Assembly: GCA_037447605.1 (NCBI GenBank)
Contig: CM074808.1
Location: forward strand, 3,038,001-3,102,000
Length of the DNA: 64,000 bases
Reading direction: 5' to 3'
Origin: Zygnema circumcarinatum SAG 698-1b
Lineage: Eukaryota; Plantae; Zygnematophyceae
Shown: in pieces, positions 1 through 11,255 of the stretch
Layout of the letters: each line of letters begins with the position of its first letter
How positions within the stretch are numbered: the first letter of the stretch is position 1
Program-made: the position numbers and the translations under genes
The notes under the pieces: generated by a model
Database searches by the model: none
What the model saw: only the letters and a program-made list of their open reading frames with translations
What the model was told of the DNA's origin: nothing

Positions 1-115
1 GCGGCGGGCGCGAGGCGCCGCGGTGGGACGCCGCTCGCGCGGTGGTGACGCGCGTGGCGACAAAACGGAGGGCGGCGGGCGGCGGGCGGCGGAGGGAGCG
101 CGGCGGGGCGAAAAG

Positions 116-289
116 GGGGGAGTCAAACCTGGGCCGGAGATACGAAGGTAAAATAATTGCTTTCTTGAATTCGTGACGCCCGAGCCTGTCGAACGTCCAC
201 TTTTGGCGAAAATGGCCTGCCGTACAGAGCAGAATTGGCGCGAAGGGCTGGCGAAATTGATTTGGCGATGGTCAAGGTCTGACTCCCCC
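116..289. mobile_element. Small MITE-like element with GGGGGAGTCA(A/G)ACCT terminal inverted repeats
   Basis: gggggagtcaaacct (116-130) and aggtctgactccccc (275-289) are inverted repeats with one mismatch. They resemble the GGGGGTGTCAGAC TIR of the MITE at 53536-53692. No TSD on the left flank. Confidence 0.5.
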
Positions 290-294
290 TATTA

Positions 295-790
295 TTGGTT
301 GTCATCATTGGAATAAAGAACAACCCTTTGTTCCGACCATTGGCAATGGCTGGCAACTACTCCAGTGGTTCGATCCTACGGTCCGACCTGTGCAGTTCTG
401 CCGAGGTTTAGGGCTTTCCTGCTTTCCAATTTGTACACTCTGTTGCAATGCCGGCAGATGCCGCTTCAAAAACACCCAAGACACACACTTCAACGCAATG
501 ACGAGCAAGAATTTTTCATCAAATTGCAGTCCACATTTCCTACTTAGCAGGTACAAGGACGACGGGAAGGAGAGAGAAGCACGCGTGCATCAAACTTCAG
601 AGATTTTCCACCATCACAAAAGACTCCAAACCGAAGAGGAGGTCAAGCCTCTCTCCAGCCTCCTTGCACCCTTCTATGGCGTCCACTCTAACACAAGGCC
701 TCAGCCAAGTCTTGCAAAGTGAGACGGACAGGAACCCTCCGCGCAGGACTTCGCCCACGCCCAGCGAAGAGGCGACTGCTTATCACTACA
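295..790. repeat. Duplicated ~500 bp segment, copy of 4675-5180 (3' flank of the WWE-WWE-PARP gene)
   Basis: Colinear by eye with 4675-5180, e.g. tgtcatcattggaataaag, gctttccaatt, gcaggtacaaggacgacgggaaggagagagaa, cagccaagtcttgcaaagtgagacgga. Confidence 0.9.
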
Positions 791-884
791 GCCGTATCTT
801 TTCATTATTCTCCTAAAAAAAAGCTACAGCCCACAAACTATGCAATCCTATGTACAAGAACTTTTTTCTGCACATCTCTTCAAG

Positions 885-3735
885 CTACCTCGTAGAGAAA
901 AGTGACAGGAATGCCTCTCCTCCTCCAAAGTCAACTGCCTTCGCTTTCAGTTCAATCAAGCTCCGGCCAAAGAACATTGTAACTTCGACGGAGCGATCAA
1001 GCCCAAGCCTTGTGTCTGGAATATCGAGGATGAAGTGCCCTTCACGCGTCACACCAGGCTCGTCGACGTAACTCGATTCACAAACTGTACTAAAAAGCTC
1101 AACTAATGCAGTCGTCTGCTGCTCATACGCAGGGTCGACAACGTGCCTGACGCTTTTATCTACCTCAATTCTCTCATTCCTCTTCACGAATGACAAGAAC
1201 ACATCATCGCACAGCAAGAAAGATCCACTGTCCAGAACTATCTTCTTGGAGGCCGGATCTAAAGATGTGAACGGCCTCACAATAGCGATGCCGTAGGTTT
1301 TTCGGGAAATTCATGATGTCACTTGGTATTCAGGCTCAATCACCAAAGAAAGTCCTCCTAAGCAAACCGCACTCCCTGGGTTCTTCGGGAAAATGATTCT
1401 CTCGTCTGCAAATTTGGTCTTGATTCGATGTTGGAGATATGGCGACTCAGAAAAGGTCCAATCTGGCGACTCAGAAAAGCCTCCTACCACAAAGATGCCT
1501 TTACATGCAGGTAGTTGGTGCAGCTGTGCCTCGATCAGGTCGAGGATTTCATCTACGACCGGATCAAACAGGCCCTTCACGTCGGCTGAGGATAGAATCA
1601 GCTCATCATAATTTCCTATGTCAATGCCATTTCTGGCGTCGTGGTCCTCCCATGCACGTGTCAGAGTAGCGTTCACTTCCAATATGTGATCTTGAAGATT
1701 ATCAATACTGCAAGGACAGAAACGGAAAAATGGCTCAAAGATCAGAAAATGGACACTCCCACTTTCCCTCCAAGCATCTGCTAAGAAACCGATACCAGAC
1801 AACCTTTTCCGATAACTTCCAGCAGGGCTCTGCAAGTTCTGCAAGCATTCACCGGTGCAAGTGGTCGCATAAAAAAAAAATACCTAAAAATGACCTTTGT
1901 CTTTTGAAACTCCTTTAAGATGCTTTGTGCAACCCATGGATGGCACTTCCTTATCTCGCGAAAACATCCGATCCTATTCTCCACAAGTTCCATGAAGTTT
2001 TTGTCGACCGCGCCTCCTCCACAACAGCCTCCTGAACTCCTAAAAACCTCTTTTACTCTTTCCCTCCTATTCGTCTGAACCACAATATCAACCGTCCCCC
2101 CTCCCGCATCAACGACCATGAAGGGGTCGCCATCTTTCATCTCGAGGGACTCGCCATTCTCTTGGCAGTAGGCAAAGATTGCCTCTGGTTCCAGAAGTAC
2201 ATGAAGAGGATGCGGGCTTCCAGGACTGTCCGGTTGTCCTGGAATTCGTACAAGGCCTGCATTCTGAGCGATGGACCTCATCTCCTGCTTTGTACGCTCA
2301 CTCCATATAACCGGCACAATTATTGCCCATTCAATGTCCTCGATGCCAATGTCACTCCCAAACCGAACTTTAAGCACGTCCAATATGAAATCTTTTAACT
2401 GCGCCAAGTAGTCAGTGGTGGCTTTCTGAGGGGAAAGACCAGCCGGGAGACGCTGACGCCACTCTTCAATCATTTCAGAAGTGTCTTGACTTTCAAGAGG
2501 CAGCTTGAACATTTCGACCAGGCGTCCTGCAGCTGCCGTCTGCAAAGGCTCATCACTGCCTGTAGCATTTGGGTCACAGAAGGGACGGCCCCTGTTGCCT
2601 AAACTTTGAATGCCTTTAACTGCCGAACGTTCTGCATTTGGAACTGACCTATCGACAGCTTCAAAATACCGTTTGACTGCCGGCCAACCCCAATCCTCCA
2701 GCTTTAGCTGCCCATCTGCGGTATGGGAATACCACAGACTGGTGCTGGTCTTCCAGTACGTTTTCCCGTTTACTGCCACCTCGTCTGGCCATCCTGAGTA
2801 CATCAACTTCTCACCAGGATTTTCCTTGTGGACATATGCGAACCCTGAATACGTGGTCCCGAAATAAATACTCACGATTATTCTCGGCTCAAGAAGAGAG
2901 GGCTGCCATTGCCTGAGGGCTGCCGAGAGCCGCGTAGCTGCTGCAGCTCCCAGTATGGCTTGAGAAGTAGTATCATCGTGCTGATGACGTTTCCCTTCCT
3001 CATCAATCCAATGTACAGATGGCCCGATGTGGGAGATCTATATTCCATACAGATCCACACAAACATTTACAGGACATTGCAGGAGAAATTCACAAAAAAA
3101 TAACAGGAGGTGACGCTAGCAACTATTGGTAGTCTCCAATATCTTTAGACGACGTGAAGTATGAACCGCATGAATGGCTTTAATATGATTTCGGTGTCAT
3201 CTTTTGAAAGCATTCAGTTCAACAAATGTACCACTGACGCATAGACAACTAAGATATCCTGGAGATGTCGAGAAGACGTGTACTTCCTAGGAAAACGACG
3301 ACGAGGACTTGGACTTGGACTTGACAAGGATACAGTTTTTGCATGCTGCTATACAAAAGGATGAGGAGAGTGCTCCCTTGAGGGACTTCTAGTGATCCGG
3401 AAATAAGGATATGGACGAGCTCAACATACCCTTGGCTGGACTGGTGTCACTCCAACTGCTAGGAACTGCGAACTCTGTGCGTTAACAATCTTGATCTCCC
3501 TTGTGTACCCACTTTCGCAATTTTTCTGCTTCAGAGTTTGCACATTCGCGATATAGGGCGCTCCATGGGGATGAACGCGAGATACAATCTTGCCAAGGAT
3601 TACCCTGGGCAAACCTTGGGTAATAGCTGCCCTCAGCAGATTCTCCTCATCTGCAGTGTACTGGCGCCACTTGGCATCGTCTCGCCACCATATCCCTGGC
3701 TGTGTCGGATCTGCACATGGCGATGTTATGCACAT
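885..3735 (-). pseudogene. Chimeric WWE-(half WWE)-Hsp70-like (HSPA12-type) gene, truncated and degenerate
   Basis: Modelled exons 3735-3430, 3037-1884 and 1707-1311 are in phase and give 618 aa. Relative to the intact paralogue at 9230-11255: IDFGTT became IYFGTT, there is a 24-nt in-frame insertion near 1441-1478, CGA became TGA at 1311-1313, and the residual 3' part (885-1310) carries a frameshifting deletion. Confidence 0.8.
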
Positions 3736-4170
3736 GATGTGAAATCCCTGTGAAAAGGTTTGATTTCAGCCTTCGCTTCCACAAGGAAGCTGGTAGTGCC
3801 ACTCAATGGGCCTGTTTCAGATGGGCCAAAATTCTTTGAGCGCAAATGATATATTTTAAATCGAGACAGTTGCTAACTAACTCGTTATCTCTTCTGCAGA
3901 AAGCAACTCTCTCAAAGTACACTGGGATCTCACGACGACGCTTGACAGTGTCAAAAGGCAGGTCGAGCCATGCAGCACTGAAGGGGTTGCCCCTCGACTT
4001 TCATTCTGTAAATGTTTTCAATTTCCTCTCCATGCGTTGGACGGGTGGCAATGCAGAGAAGTGTCCTCAAAAGCCGAGAGTCCACGGCCCTGCATGGCCC
4101 TGCATGCCGCCAGGGAGGCATTTATCGTCGCCTCAAGGTGAAGGCAAACATTTACATTTATATTTCTGCG
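3240..4170. repeat. Duplicate of 7030-7960 (first WWE exon plus upstream and intron sequence)
   Basis: Colinear DNA match by eye. ORFs 3421..3735 and 7194..7508 encode near-identical 104-aa peptides. Confidence 0.9.
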
Positions 4171-4449
4171 GCAAAGCTTGTCCTCGCTCTGCCTACGCGT
4201 TCAGAACAGCGAACACGCGCACAGTTTAACGATCGCAGCCGCCATAGAAACGGCACCTGTTCGGTGTTTCGGTGTCCCGACCGTGCTTGTTGAACGGCGC
4301 GTGAAGTGGCACTGCCGAGCGAGCACGCCAGTTCGCAGTTTAGGGTTGACGTGTCACTGCGCGCTTGTTTCGGTTCCTGTAAGGACCATGTGACGTGTCA
4401 GGAGGACTCAAGAGGTTGTCAAGGCTGTACGGCTTTGATCGACCCACCG

Positions 4450-4730
4450 TTGGTTCGCCAACCATTGGACAACCATTTAGATTGCGCTGCCAACCATTGC
4501 ATACAATGAATGCTGCGCAGCCGATCGAATGATTGGCAACCATTGGCATGTGATGGTTGCCACCATGCGCAATGTTGACTCGGTCCTATGGCAATGTTGC
4601 GAACATGGGAATGGTAGGCAACCATTGAATTGCAATGATTTCAACCATTGTAAAGTTTGGCTGGGTCGCCATCCAATGGTTGTCATCATTGGAATAAAGG
4701 ACAACAGTTTTTCCGACCATTGGCAACGGT
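4450..4730. repeat. Cluster of degenerate CAACCATTG motifs
   Basis: caaccatt(g) occurs at about 4459, 4470, 4492, 4537, 4619 and 4642, with an inverted caatggttg near 4675 and gaccattgg near 4715. Confidence 0.65.
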
Positions 4731-5252
4731 TTGCTACTACTCAAGTGGTTCGATCCAATGCTCCGACCTCTGCAGGTCTGTCAAGGTCAAGGTTTTTCCT
4801 GCTTTCCAATTTTTACACTCTGTTGCAATGCCGACAGCTTCCGCTTCAAAACACCCAAGCCACACACTTCAAAGCAATGTCGAGCAAGAAATTTTCAGCA
4901 AATTGCAGTCCACATTTCCTACGATAGCAGGTACAAGGACGACGGGAAGGAGAGAGAAACACGCGTGCATCGAACTTTGAGAGAAATTCCAATGACGTGT
5001 CCATCATCACAAAAGACTCCAAACCGCAAAAAAGTTGAGCCTCTCTCCAGCCTTCTTGCACCCTTCTATGGCGCCCGCTCTACCACACCCCCTCAGCCAA
5101 GTCTTGCAAAGTGAGACGGATAGGAACCCTCCGTGCAGACCTTCGCCCACGCCCAGCGATGAGGCCACTGCCCATCACTACCGCTCCTTCATATTTACAA
5201 AGGGGGGAAACTGTGACTGTGACTGTGACTGTGACTTCACGGGAATACGCCG

Positions 5253-7508
5253 CTATCCACGATATGCGCGCCGTCGTTTGCTTGGACGAGCCGCAATGCT
5301 TGGACAATACTGACTGCTGACCACGATTTCGAAAATTGAGAGTTGGCACTCCGGTCGCCTATGCACGAGGTAGTTGGGATTATCTTGAAGGATATTTTCT
5401 GCAGTCGTAATGACCACAAAAAGCAACATCTTGAATTCCACGCTCGCTTCAGGCGTGCAGTACTGCTTGCTGACCTCAGCAGTTTTCCCAAACCAATCGC
5501 CGTCCATGTTCGCGCGACGCTTCATTGGGTCCATGCCCTCTTTGAGGATGGGGTCGATGTTGACCTCCGCCGTTCCATGGAACACGAATTTGAACAGTCC
5601 TTCCCTCTCTTCAAATGTATTCCCCGTCCACATACCTGCGTCAACGTGATCATGATAAGAAACCAAGAGAAATTACAGATAGCATGCAAAGGCGAGCACT
5701 GGAGGACCAACATGGGGGGGGGGTTGGGGGGACTTGGCCCTCCCTCAGATATTGAAAAGTAGTCAGCCACTGATCGCCTTTGAAGGTTGAATGGTAGAAA
5801 CACACTCGAATTTCAGTTTCCTTTTACCCAACTCATTGGTCAGCCCCCCCCCAAACTAGAATCCTTGATCCGCCTCTGAAGACGAGCAGTCTTTCCTGAA
5901 CGCAAGATTGCTTTGGTTTCAGGAATACTCAACTCTTCCTCTGAACAGTACGGTCAAGCTGCTCCATCGAGTCGACAAATCGCTCGTATACAAAACTGTC
6001 ACGATGAAGATAGGGGCTTTTCCTCTTTCTTTCAAAGGAGCAGCGTCCCAGTTTTCCCATTGCCAGAGACTGCACGTATGCATCGTCGCACATCGCCTCA
6101 AGGCAGGCATAGAGCAGCTGCAGACAGTTGCAGGTCAAGCGTCCGAAGTCAAGTGGTCACCATGCATCACAAAAATTCAGTATAGAAACTGTTTGAGGAA
6201 AAAAAATGGAAAAGATTGCTACAGAAGGCGTCCAATCTGCACATCATTCCCTCAAGATTCTTCTGTCTTGACGGAAGACGAAGTGGAATGGTTTCAGTAT
6301 GAATCAGACATGCATGGATCTGTACATGTTTCGATGCTTCTGGTGGATAATGATCCAGCCCTTGAAATTGTACGTGCTACAGGGGGCATTCGTGCCTTAA
6401 AGAAAATCTGGTGGATGAAGCAAACTTCAACCCATCGACGAAAAAAGCCTTGACCAGTTTCCATTTTGCAAAAAACACACTTCTATGCAATTTCTCAAAT
6501 GTCCATTCGATGAAGATAGCAAACGATAGAACATCTCCTTTCCCAGAATTCATCCCAGTCATGCCAACTCTAAAAATCCTTTGTTCTGCTGAAAAAGATT
6601 GCCAGCTACCTGTCGCTTGGAGGCGGAGGACGCGCCGGCAGCGAGCTGAAGGAAGGAGCGAGGAGTGCGGGGGAAGTGAATCACTATGTCTCGTTCTCGT
6701 CCTGATTCAAGGTTTTGCTGCTTCATTCGCTTCAAGTTGATGAGGTAGGATTGTTCGGATATCTCGCAAATGAGCGCGTGCTGCCTGGACCTTGCAGCAT
6801 CCAAGATGGCGCCTGCAGTGCTTGGATCGTATTCATGGAGAGTTCCCGAATTACTGCGCCAATGGACAGTTGGTCCCAGCTCTCGATTCGTTTCGGGCTG
6901 GAAAGGAGACTGCGTTCAGACATGGCATCACATCGAAACACATCGTAAGAATGTGAGAAAAAACAGCTACCAGCGATGTTCTTCACAGTACACGAGTTCA
7001 AAATAATGCTTAATGTCTATGGTCTGTATGCTCTATGCACTAAGATATGATCGCGATGACAAAATGACGAGTACTTCCGAAGAAAAGTTGGGGTTGACGA
7101 GGATACAGTTTTTGCATGCTGCTATAAAAAATAATGAGGAGAGTGCTTCCTTGAGGGACTTCTGGTGATCCGAAAATAAGAATATGAACGAGCTCAACAT
7201 ACCCTTGGCTGGACTGGTGTCACTCCAACTGCTAGGAACTGCGAACTCTGTGCGTTAACAATCTTGATCTGCCTTGTGTACCCACTTTCGACATTTGTCT
7301 GCTTCAGAGTTTGCATATTCGCGATATAGGGCGCTCCATGGGGGTGAACTTGAGATACAATCGTGCCAAGGTCGACAGTTTGCAAACCTTGGGTAACAGC
7401 TGCCCTCAGCATATTTTCCTGAGCTGCAGTGTACTGGCGCCACTTGGCATCGTCTCGCCACCATATGCCTGGCTGTGTCGGATCTGCACATGGCAAGGTT
7501 ATGCACAT
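5253..7508 (-). CDS. Tandem WWE-WWE plus PARP-like (ADP-ribosyltransferase fold) protein, ~390 aa, 4 exons
   Basis: Exons 7508-7203, 6909-6610 (or 6897-6610), 6117-5934 and 5635-5253, with GT-AG introns of phase 0, 0 and 1. WWE1 reads GIWWRDDAKWRQY...PYIANMQTLKQTNVESGYTRQI. WWE2 reads GPTVHWRSNSGTLHEY...YLINLKRMKQQNLESGRERDI. The ART region reads FVFHGT...ILKEGMDP...GDWFG...SKQY...NYLVH...QLSIFEI. Confidence 0.75.
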
Positions 7509-9229
7509 GATGTGAAATCCCCGTGAGACGGTTTGAGTTCAGCCTTCGTTTTCCTCAAGGAAGCCGGTAGTGCCACTCAATGGGCCTGTTCCAGATGCGG
7601 CAAAATTCGTTGAGCGCAAATGATGTATTCCAAATCGAGACAGTCGCGAACTAGCTCGTTATCTCGTCTGCAGAAAGCAACTCGCAAATCAGGTGACTGG
7701 GATCTTACGACGACGCTTGACAGTGTCAAAAGGCAGGGCGAGCCTTCCAGCACTGGAGGGGTTGCCCCTCGACTTTCATCCTGTATTGTTTTCAACTCCT
7801 CCCTGCGTTGGACGCGTGGCAATGCACAGAAGTGCCCCTCCCCGTCATGGCGGCTTGTCTCCATGGCGGCCGCGTGGCCCTGCATGCGCCCAGCGAGGCC
7901 GGCCTCCTCACAAGATTTTTTCTCCGCTAAAAATTTACATTTCTGCAGTCAGCATATTCTCCAGGAGAGGACATCGGCATCAGCGCAGAGCTCAACGCTC
8001 GCAGCCCCCATGGAATCGAGTTCCTGTTCGGCGTCTCCATGGTGTACCCCTCCCTCTGGTTAAAACGAAAGCGCGAAGTGGCAGTGTCGAGGAGGAGCTC
8101 ACGCACCGCTCTACGTCCTCCATGATGTTGTTTGCCGACTTTCAGCATTCCTCTCAATTGGCATCATCCTCATAGTTTTTATTGCTGGAACTAAAATGGG
8201 CAGCGAAAGGAGTTGAACCAACAGACGATGTGATCTGCTCAGCAACGAAACAATGCACACCTAAACAAACACAAGTGAAAGCGTTGGCTCAACTGAAGTC
8301 CACATGTCCTACGATTGCCGATAGAAGTAAGGCGGAAAAGAGAGAGAAGCAAGCGTGCGATGCACTTACAGAGAAATTATAGTGCCCTCCCCTTGCAGCG
8401 GAGAAGTTAGTGACCATGCAAATTTCTTGTGATGTAAATGGAAAAGAGAGGAATCCATTTGCTTCCGAATGATCACTCCTAAGAGCATAGAAATGGGAAA
8501 CTTAAAAAAGGGAATGTTTGGGCAAAGACCATTTCAAAGACCCAATTCCTAGTCTTTAGTCCAAAAAAAAATGTCGGGGCATGGCGAAAAATCCTCGTTC
8601 TGGGAACTGAGGTGTGCTGAAATCATTCCAAGCTTTGGCAGGGTTTTCCCACAATCGCTTCCACGCATTGCTGCAGGCGCAGCTTCAAGCAGAGGTAAGG
8701 ACCAATGTTGGGACTAAAGCGGGGCTTGGGAAGCTGAAAACTTGGGATGTGAAGAAGGATGTGAAGAAGAATGAAAAGGGTCGAAAAATCTAAAACATCG
8801 GCAAAAGTAAACAGATAATCTGCATGCATGCATGCAGAGATCAGTGCACAGCAGTAAAATGGACTAGTTCACACAATGGCCATCGTGGGGATGCAGACGT
8901 TCGATTGGATATGACGAGATTAAAGAGTAATCACGTGGGGTTGTGCTCATAATCGACACCCACCGAGCTCAACAAATCGAAAATCAGAGACCACAAAGCT
9001 AGAAGTCAGAATCAGAAATCACACATCCTTTTAAGCATGCATTCAACAATTAGATGAAAAAACAGACATAAAAACACCACACATAGATTCAGGCATTCAA
9101 CAATCAGATCAGAAGCTAACTCGCACACTCATCCATACATCCAACTCCGACAGCCGTATCGTTTCATTAGTCTCCTAAAAAAAAAAACTATGCAATCCTA
9201 TGTACAAGAGCTTTTTTCTGCGCATCTCG

Positions 9230-11255
9230 TCAAGCGACCTCGTAGAGAAAAGTAACAGGAACCATCTGCGCCTCTCCCCCTCCAGAGTCCACTGCCTTCG
9301 CTTTCAGTTCAATCAAGCTCCGGCCAAAGAACATTGTAACTTCGACGGAGCGATCAAGCCCAAGCCTTGTGTCTGGAATATCTAGGATGAAGTGCCCTTC
9401 ACGCGTCACACCAGGCTCGTCGACGTAACTCGATTCACAAACTGTACTAAAAAGCTCAACTAATGCAGTCGTCTGCTGCTCATACGCAGGGTAGACAACG
9501 TGCCTGACGCTTTTATCTACCTCAATTCTCTCATTCCTTTTCACGAATGACAAGAACACATCATCGCACAGCGAGAAAGATCCACTGTCCAGAACTATCT
9601 TCTTGGAGGCCGGATCTAAAGCTGTGAACGGCCTCACAATAGCGATGCCGTAGGTCTTTCGGGAAATTCGGGATGTCACTTGGTATTCAGGCTCAGTCAC
9701 CAAGGAAAGTCCTCCTAAGCAAACCGCACTCCCTGGATTCTTCGGGAAAATGATTCTCTCGTCTTTAAACTTTGACTTGATTCGATGTTGGAGATATGGC
9801 GACTCAGAAAATCCTCCTACCACAAAGATGACTTTACATGCAGGTAGTTGGTGCAGCTGTGCCTCGATCAGGTCGAGGATTTCATCTACGACCGGATCAA
9901 ACAGGCCCTTCACGTCGTCTGAGGAGAGAAGCAGCTCATCATAACTTCCTGTGTCAATGCCGTTCATTTTGTCGTGGTCCTCCCATGCACGTGCCAAAGT
10001 AGCATTCACTTCCAATATGTGATCCTGAAGATTGTCAATACTGCAAGAAAAGAAATGGAAAAATGGCTCGAGGATCAGAAAATTGATACCCCCACTTTCC
10101 CTGCAAGCATCTGCCTGGAAACCCATACTAGACAACCTTTTCCAATAATATCCAGTAGAGCTCTGCAAGTTCTGCAAGCATTCACTGGTGCAAGTGGTCG
10201 GCTAAAAAAAAATACCTGAAAATGAACTTTGCCTTTTGAAACTCCTTTAAGATGTTTTGTGCAACCCACGGGTGGCGCTTCCTTAACTCGCGAAAGCATC
10301 CAATCCTATTCTCCAAAAGTCCCATGAAGTTCTTGTCGACCGCGCCTCCTCCACAATAACCTCCTGAACTCCTCAAAACCTCTTCTACTCTTCCCGTCCT
10401 ATTCGTCTGAACCACAATATCAACCGTCCCCCCTCCCGCATCAACGACCATGAAGGGGTCGCCATCTTTCAACTCGAGGGACTCGCCATTCTTTTGGCAG
10501 TAGACAGAGGCTGCCTCTGGTTCCAGAAGTATGTGAAAGGGATGCGGGCTTCCAGCACTGTCCGGTTGTCCTGGAATTCGTACAAGGCCTGCATTCTGAG
10601 CGATGGACCTCATCTCTTGCTTTGTACGATCATTCCAAATAATTGGCACAGTTATTGCCCATTCAATGTCCTCGATGCCGATGTGAATCCCAAACCGGAC
10701 TTTAAGCACGTCCAATATGAAACCTTTTAACTGCGCCAAGTAGTCAGTGGTGGCTTTCTGAGGAGAAATACCAGCCGGGAGACGCTGACGCCACTCTTCA
10801 ATCATTTCAGAAGTGTCTTGACTTTCAAGAGGCAGCTTGAACATCTCGATCAGGCGACCTGCAGCTGCCGTCTGCAAAGGCTCATCACTGCCTGTAGCAT
10901 TTGGGTCACAGAAGGGACGGCCCCTGTTGCCTAAACTTTGAATGCCTTTAACTGCCGAACGTTCTGCATTTGGAACTGACCTATCGACAGCTTCAAAATA
11001 CCGTTTGACTGCCGGCCAACCCCAATCCTCCAGCTTTAGCTGCCCATCTGCGGTATGGGAATACCACAGACTGGTGCTGGTCTTCCAGTACGTTTTCCCG
11101 TTTACTGCCACCTCGTCTGGCCATCCCGAGTACATCAACTTCTCACCAGGATTTTCCTTGTGGACATATGCGAACCCTGAATACGTCGTCCCGAAATCAA
11201 TACTCACGATTATTCTCGGCTCAAGAAGAGAGGGCTGCCGTTGCCCGTCCGCCAT
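9230..11255 (-). CDS. Hsp70-like protein, HSPA12-type (non-canonical Hsp70 family), ~616 aa, 2 exons
   Basis: Exons 11255-10216 and 10040-9230 with a 175-nt GT-AG intron give 1851 nt in frame. Motifs: IDFGTTYSG, TVPIIW, LEPEAA, VVDAGGGTVD, CGGGAVD, VGGFSESPYL, AVCLGG. It does not resemble canonical DnaK/HSC70 at the C-terminus. Confidence 0.88.

Noticed and set aside
5908-6740. Plus-strand ORFs of 181 and 109 aa
   Set aside because: They lie antisense to exon 3 and the introns of the WWE-WWE-PARP gene, with no recognisable motif.
7577-7885. Upstream ORF as an additional coding exon of the WWE-WWE-PARP gene
   Set aside because: The duplicate at about 3790-4110 shows indels and mostly non-synonymous differences, consistent with leader sequence.
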